From positions 1,372 to 65,371 of the forward strand of contig JANQLB010000053.1 of assembly GCA_028280805.1 (NCBI GenBank): a DNA stretch of 64,000 nucleotides. Direction: 5' to 3'. The translations under genes were made by a program, and so were the position numbers. How positions within the stretch are numbered: the first letter of the stretch is position 1; every line of letters begins with the position of its first letter. The DNA comes from Tissierellales bacterium. GTDB taxonomy: Bacteria; Bacillota; Clostridia; Tissierellales; VENL01. A model generated the notes under the pieces. It had not been told where the DNA came from. It saw only the letters and a list, made by a program, of their open reading frames with translations, and did not search any database. Shown here piece by piece: positions 60,874 to 64,000 of this stretch.

Positions 60874-61656
60874 CTAAATTATCTCCACTTTATTCATTCT
60901 ATATATTGCTGTCAAGTTAAGAACCACAACATATAATGCAACTGCTACAATAGTTATTATCATAGATTCAGTATAAGATTGATCAGTTGAAGAATTTATC
61001 AATATATTTTCTGCTAAAGTTATCAGATTACTCGGGAGAAAATTTCTTAAGTTAGTGATGTTTTTAAATCCAGATAAAATAAAACTTATTCCTAATGAAC
61101 TAATGCCTACAAATAACTTTTTCTTTAGAAAACTACCTAAGCATATTATCAGAGAAACAATAAAAATGTAATATATTGAAAATAAGCAGGCAACATTTAA
61201 TACATCTATTATATTAACCGGTTCTTCAATAAACAATATGGATGAGTAATAATAATTTATACAAAAACCTAAAAATATACACACTAGTAATACTACACTA
61301 TATACTATACTTTTTCCTGTTATTATACCAGTCACTAAAACACCCTTTGAATATGGGAAAACTAAGGTTTTATTTTGTCTCTCATCTACCAATAGTCCCA
61401 TTAATGTTAATATTACTACTATATTTATAATCTGTGATATATCTTTAATATAGTTCTGCACAGCAAAAAATTGTGTTATATTAAAAAGCTGTGTTATTTC
61501 TTCTGGGAATTGCCCGGCAAGCAATATTGGAAGAAGCTTAAGCATTAGTGGATTAAGAACTGCAAATATCACCATAGTTAATAGTAAAACTAAAAACCTG
61601 TAACTTCTAAAACCTTCAATTATTTCCTTCTTAACATATGCTTTAAAGCTTTTCAT
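60874..61656 (-). CDS. ABC-2-type exporter permease
   Basis: KKEIIEGFR, DER...TL...SKG, about 6 TMs. Confidence 0.83.
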   Translation of the reverse strand: MKSFKAYVKKEIIEGFRSYRFLVLLLTMVIFAVLNPLMLKLLPILLAGQFPEEITQLFNITQFFAVQNYIKDISQIINIVVILTLMGLLVDERQNKTLVFPYSKGVLVTGIITGKSIVYSVVLLVCIFLGFCINYYYSSILFIEEPVNIIDVLNVACLFSIYYIFIVSLIICLGSFLKKKLFVGISSLGISFILSGFKNITNLRNFLPSNLITLAENILINSSTDQSYTESMIITIVAVALYVVVLNLTAIYRMNKVEII

Positions 61657-62569
61657 TTTTGTTCACCACCCTTATAAAAACGTCCTCAAGGTTGCTTTTT
61701 CTCTTATTGTATGAGAGAACTTGGATATTAGAATTGGCTATTACTTTTAATAGTTGATCTTTTGCTTTTTCTTGGTCATTTACATATATGCTCATAATGT
61801 TTTTATCAGTCTTTAATTTATCTACCCATTGATATGTCAATAGTTTGCTTTCCAGCTGAGGATTTAATGACTCCAGCTCTATATCATATACAGGTAAAAT
61901 ATACTTCGACATTAAGCTGTCTAAGCTACCTTGCAGTATTATATTTCCATCATCGAGGATAGCAATTTCATCACTTACCCTTTCTATGTCACTTAAAATA
62001 TGAGTAGAAAGAAATACTGTAATATTATTGTCACTTAGATCTTGAATAATTTCTAATATATCTCTGCGACCCTCCGGGTCTAAAGCAGATGAAGGCTCAT
62101 CTAAAAATAGTATGCTGGGATTGTTATAAACTGCTGCAGCCAAACCAAGCCTCTGTTTCATTCCTCTGGAATATCCTCCTATCTTTCTTTTTCCATCTTT
62201 TTTTAGTTTTATTTTTTCTAATAATTCTCCAGTTTTCTTGTAAATTTCTTTTCGAGTTAGACCACTGATTTCACCTATAAATTTCAAATATTCATAAGCA
62301 TTCATATATGGATAAAATTTAGGTTCTTCAGGTAAATACCCAATTTGCTTTATGATTTTTTTTCTGGATAATTTCATATCTAAATCATTAATAATGACCT
62401 TTCCTTGATTATAATTAATTAACCCTGCTAATATGTTCATGGTAGTCGACTTTCCAGTTCCATTTTGTCCTAGAAATCCATATACTGTTCCTTTTTTAAC
62501 TTCGAAGCTTATCCCTTTTAAAACCTCATGACTTCCGTATCTTTTAAATAAATTATCCACTCTAATCAT
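61643..62569 (-). CDS. ABC exporter ATP-binding protein
   Basis: GQNGTGKST, YSRGMKQRLG, LDEPSSALDP, STH. Confidence 0.9.
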   Translation of the reverse strand: MIRVDNLFKRYGSHEVLKGISFEVKKGTVYGFLGQNGTGKSTTMNILAGLINYNQGKVIINDLDMKLSRKKIIKQIGYLPEEPKFYPYMNAYEYLKFIGEISGLTRKEIYKKTGELLEKIKLKKDGKRKIGGYSRGMKQRLGLAAAVYNNPSILFLDEPSSALDPEGRRDILEIIQDLSDNNITVFLSTHILSDIERVSDEIAILDDGNIILQGSLDSLMSKYILPVYDIELESLNPQLESKLLTYQWVDKLKTDKNIMSIYVNDQEKAKDQLLKVIANSNIQVLSYNKRKSNLEDVFIRVVNKNEKL

Positions 62570-62777
62570 TTAAATATTCCCTTCTTCCAAACAGTAAGAA
62601 TGATATGGAGCCTAGAATAGAAACCGCTAAGACTATAATTATCCAAATAGGCTTAGTTAAATTTTTCACACCATTCTTAATTATTAAATAGATGCAAAAA
62701 GCCTTTAAAGCGAATTCCAAGATAATAAATGGTAATATCAGCTTAATTAACTCCATTATACCTAATCCATCAAACAT
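62562..62777 (-). CDS. PLDc_N-domain small membrane protein
   Basis: LP..IL...L, K..WIIIVL....LG.I.FLLFGR; first gene of the ABC operon. Confidence 0.8.
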   Translation of the reverse strand: MFDGLGIMELIKLILPFIILEFALKAFCIYLIIKNGVKNLTKPIWIIIVLAVSILGSISFLLFGRREYLND

Positions 62778-62905
62778 ATTTTATTCCCCTTTCTTTTTTG
62801 ATCACATAAATCTAAATCACTAATATAACGTTTAAAAATGTAAAAAGTTCAATGGAACTTAATTTTTTTCTTTAAACTTACCTAACTTGTATTTGAATAA
62901 TGATT

Positions 62906-63044
62906 TTGAAAATAATGAATAAGTATGATATAATGTATACAGAGTCATTAAATGTCTTGAGAAGATATACCTGCTTGGGTATATCTTTATTTTATTTATC
63001 AAGGAAAAGCGTGCCATTTTATATACTAAAAATGGTACGCTTTT
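62906..63044 (+). promoter_or_regulatory. Sigma-A promoter followed by two hairpins in the methyltransferase leader
   Basis: TTGAAA-17-(TG.)TATAAT; AAGATATACC/GGTATATCTT; AAAAGCGTGCCATTTT/AAAATGGTACGCTTTT. Confidence 0.55.
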
Positions 63045-63067
63045 AAAATTTTGAAAGGAGTGTTAAT

Positions 63068-63907
63068 ATGAGGTTGGAAAATGTTAAAAGGAATGAGAGG
63101 TTAGAAGAAATTTTCAACAGAGTAGCTGCAAATTTTGATAGCGTTGGTCCAAAGTACTTTTCTTATTTTGGAAAGAAATTAGTTGAGTATGCAAAAGTCA
63201 ATGAAGGAGCAATTTTACTGGATGTAGCATGTGGTAGAGGGGCTTCATTATTTCCAGCTATTTGTAGTGTTGAAAAAAATGGTCAAGTTATAGGAGTTGA
63301 CTTTTCACAAGAGATGATTAAAGAAACACAGTCAATTATTAGTTTACAGGGTTTGTGTAATGTTAAACTTATACAAATGGATGCTGAAAAATTAGATTTT
63401 CCTGACAGTAGTTTCGATAATGTTTTATGTGGACTATCAATACCTTTTTTCTCTGATTCTTTAAGAGCTATCGATGAGATGTATAGAGTATTAAAAGAAG
63501 GAGGTAGACTTGGATTAAGTACATGGAAAAAGAGGGAGAAGAAAGGAGTGTTAGATAAAGTATATACAAAACTCTTTCTTGAAAATCAAGATAACAACTC
63601 TAACAATACTACTAGTAAACCTGATTTTGGGTCAGTTGAAGGAATAGAGAAAATTTTAAAGAATGCAGGATTTAAAAATATTGAGATATTTGTTGAAAAG
63701 AAAACTTTCTATTATAGGGATGCTGAAGAGTGGTGGCAAGAGCAATGGTCAAATGCTACTCGTGGATTTTTTGAACATATTGAAAGTATTGGTCCAGATG
63801 CTCTAGAAAGATTTAAAAAGGCAGTATTTATTGAGATTATGGATAACAGTGATGCTAATGGTATACGATTTGATGCAGATGTGTTATTTAGTTTTGGACA
63901 TAAATAA
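63068..63907 (+). CDS. Class I SAM-dependent methyltransferase (UbiE-like)
   Basis: LLDVACGRG, GVDFS..M, MDAEKL.FPD.SFD.V, RVLK.GG. Confidence 0.9.
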   Translation: MRLENVKRNERLEEIFNRVAANFDSVGPKYFSYFGKKLVEYAKVNEGAILLDVACGRGASLFPAICSVEKNGQVIGVDFSQEMIKETQSIISLQGLCNVKLIQMDAEKLDFPDSSFDNVLCGLSIPFFSDSLRAIDEMYRVLKEGGRLGLSTWKKREKKGVLDKVYTKLFLENQDNNSNNTTSKPDFGSVEGIEKILKNAGFKNIEIFVEKKTFYYRDAEEWWQEQWSNATRGFFEHIESIGPDALERFKKAVFIEIMDNSDANGIRFDADVLFSFGHK

Positions 63908-64000
63908 GATATTAAATTGTAATAAAACAAAAAACGATAGCTTCTCAATTATGAGCTATTGTCTTATATGATAAATAAAAATCTGTAAACAATTTTATCA

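Noticed and set aside
1..64000. CRISPR array, tRNA/rRNA, prophage, transposase or anti-phage genes
   Set aside because: No regularly spaced repeats, RNA-gene signatures or such protein motifs seen.

Overview
Very AT-rich chromosomal segment from a spore-forming anaerobic Firmicute (Clostridia-like: GGAGG RBSs, SpoVB/SspH/DUF421 sporulation genes, class III RNR). It holds: (1) a riboswitch-controlled anaerobic corrin-ring operon, cbiK-ferredoxin-ABC(SBP/FecCD/ATPase)-cbiA-C-D-E-T-L-F-G-H-J, on the minus strand; (2) mixed housekeeping, sporulation and metal genes (spoVB-like, cvfB, QueG-like, NIF3-like, sspH, arsR-permease-thioredoxin, MCP, murI, divergent glnS, nrdDG, thiDE, cadA); (3) an efflux/envelope-stress-rich stretch (four ABC exporters, NarL-type two-component system, PAP2, MFS, ABC-F, orphan phytoene desaturase, G1P-dehydrogenase-like). 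I saw no rRNA, tRNA, CRISPR array, transposase or integrase, and no clearly novel multi-gene system. The best leads are non-coding or motif-level: a 1.88-kb beta-lactamase-like insert flanked by a 38-bp direct repeat that duplicates the spoVB 3' end; three copies of a palindromic repeat, one inside an ABC-F leader; a leader-peptide attenuator upstream of that ABC-F; a HIGN-type GlnRS with a non-T-box attenuator-like leader; and a Glu-to-Lys change at a CbiK metal-ligand position. All calls are by eye, without database searches.
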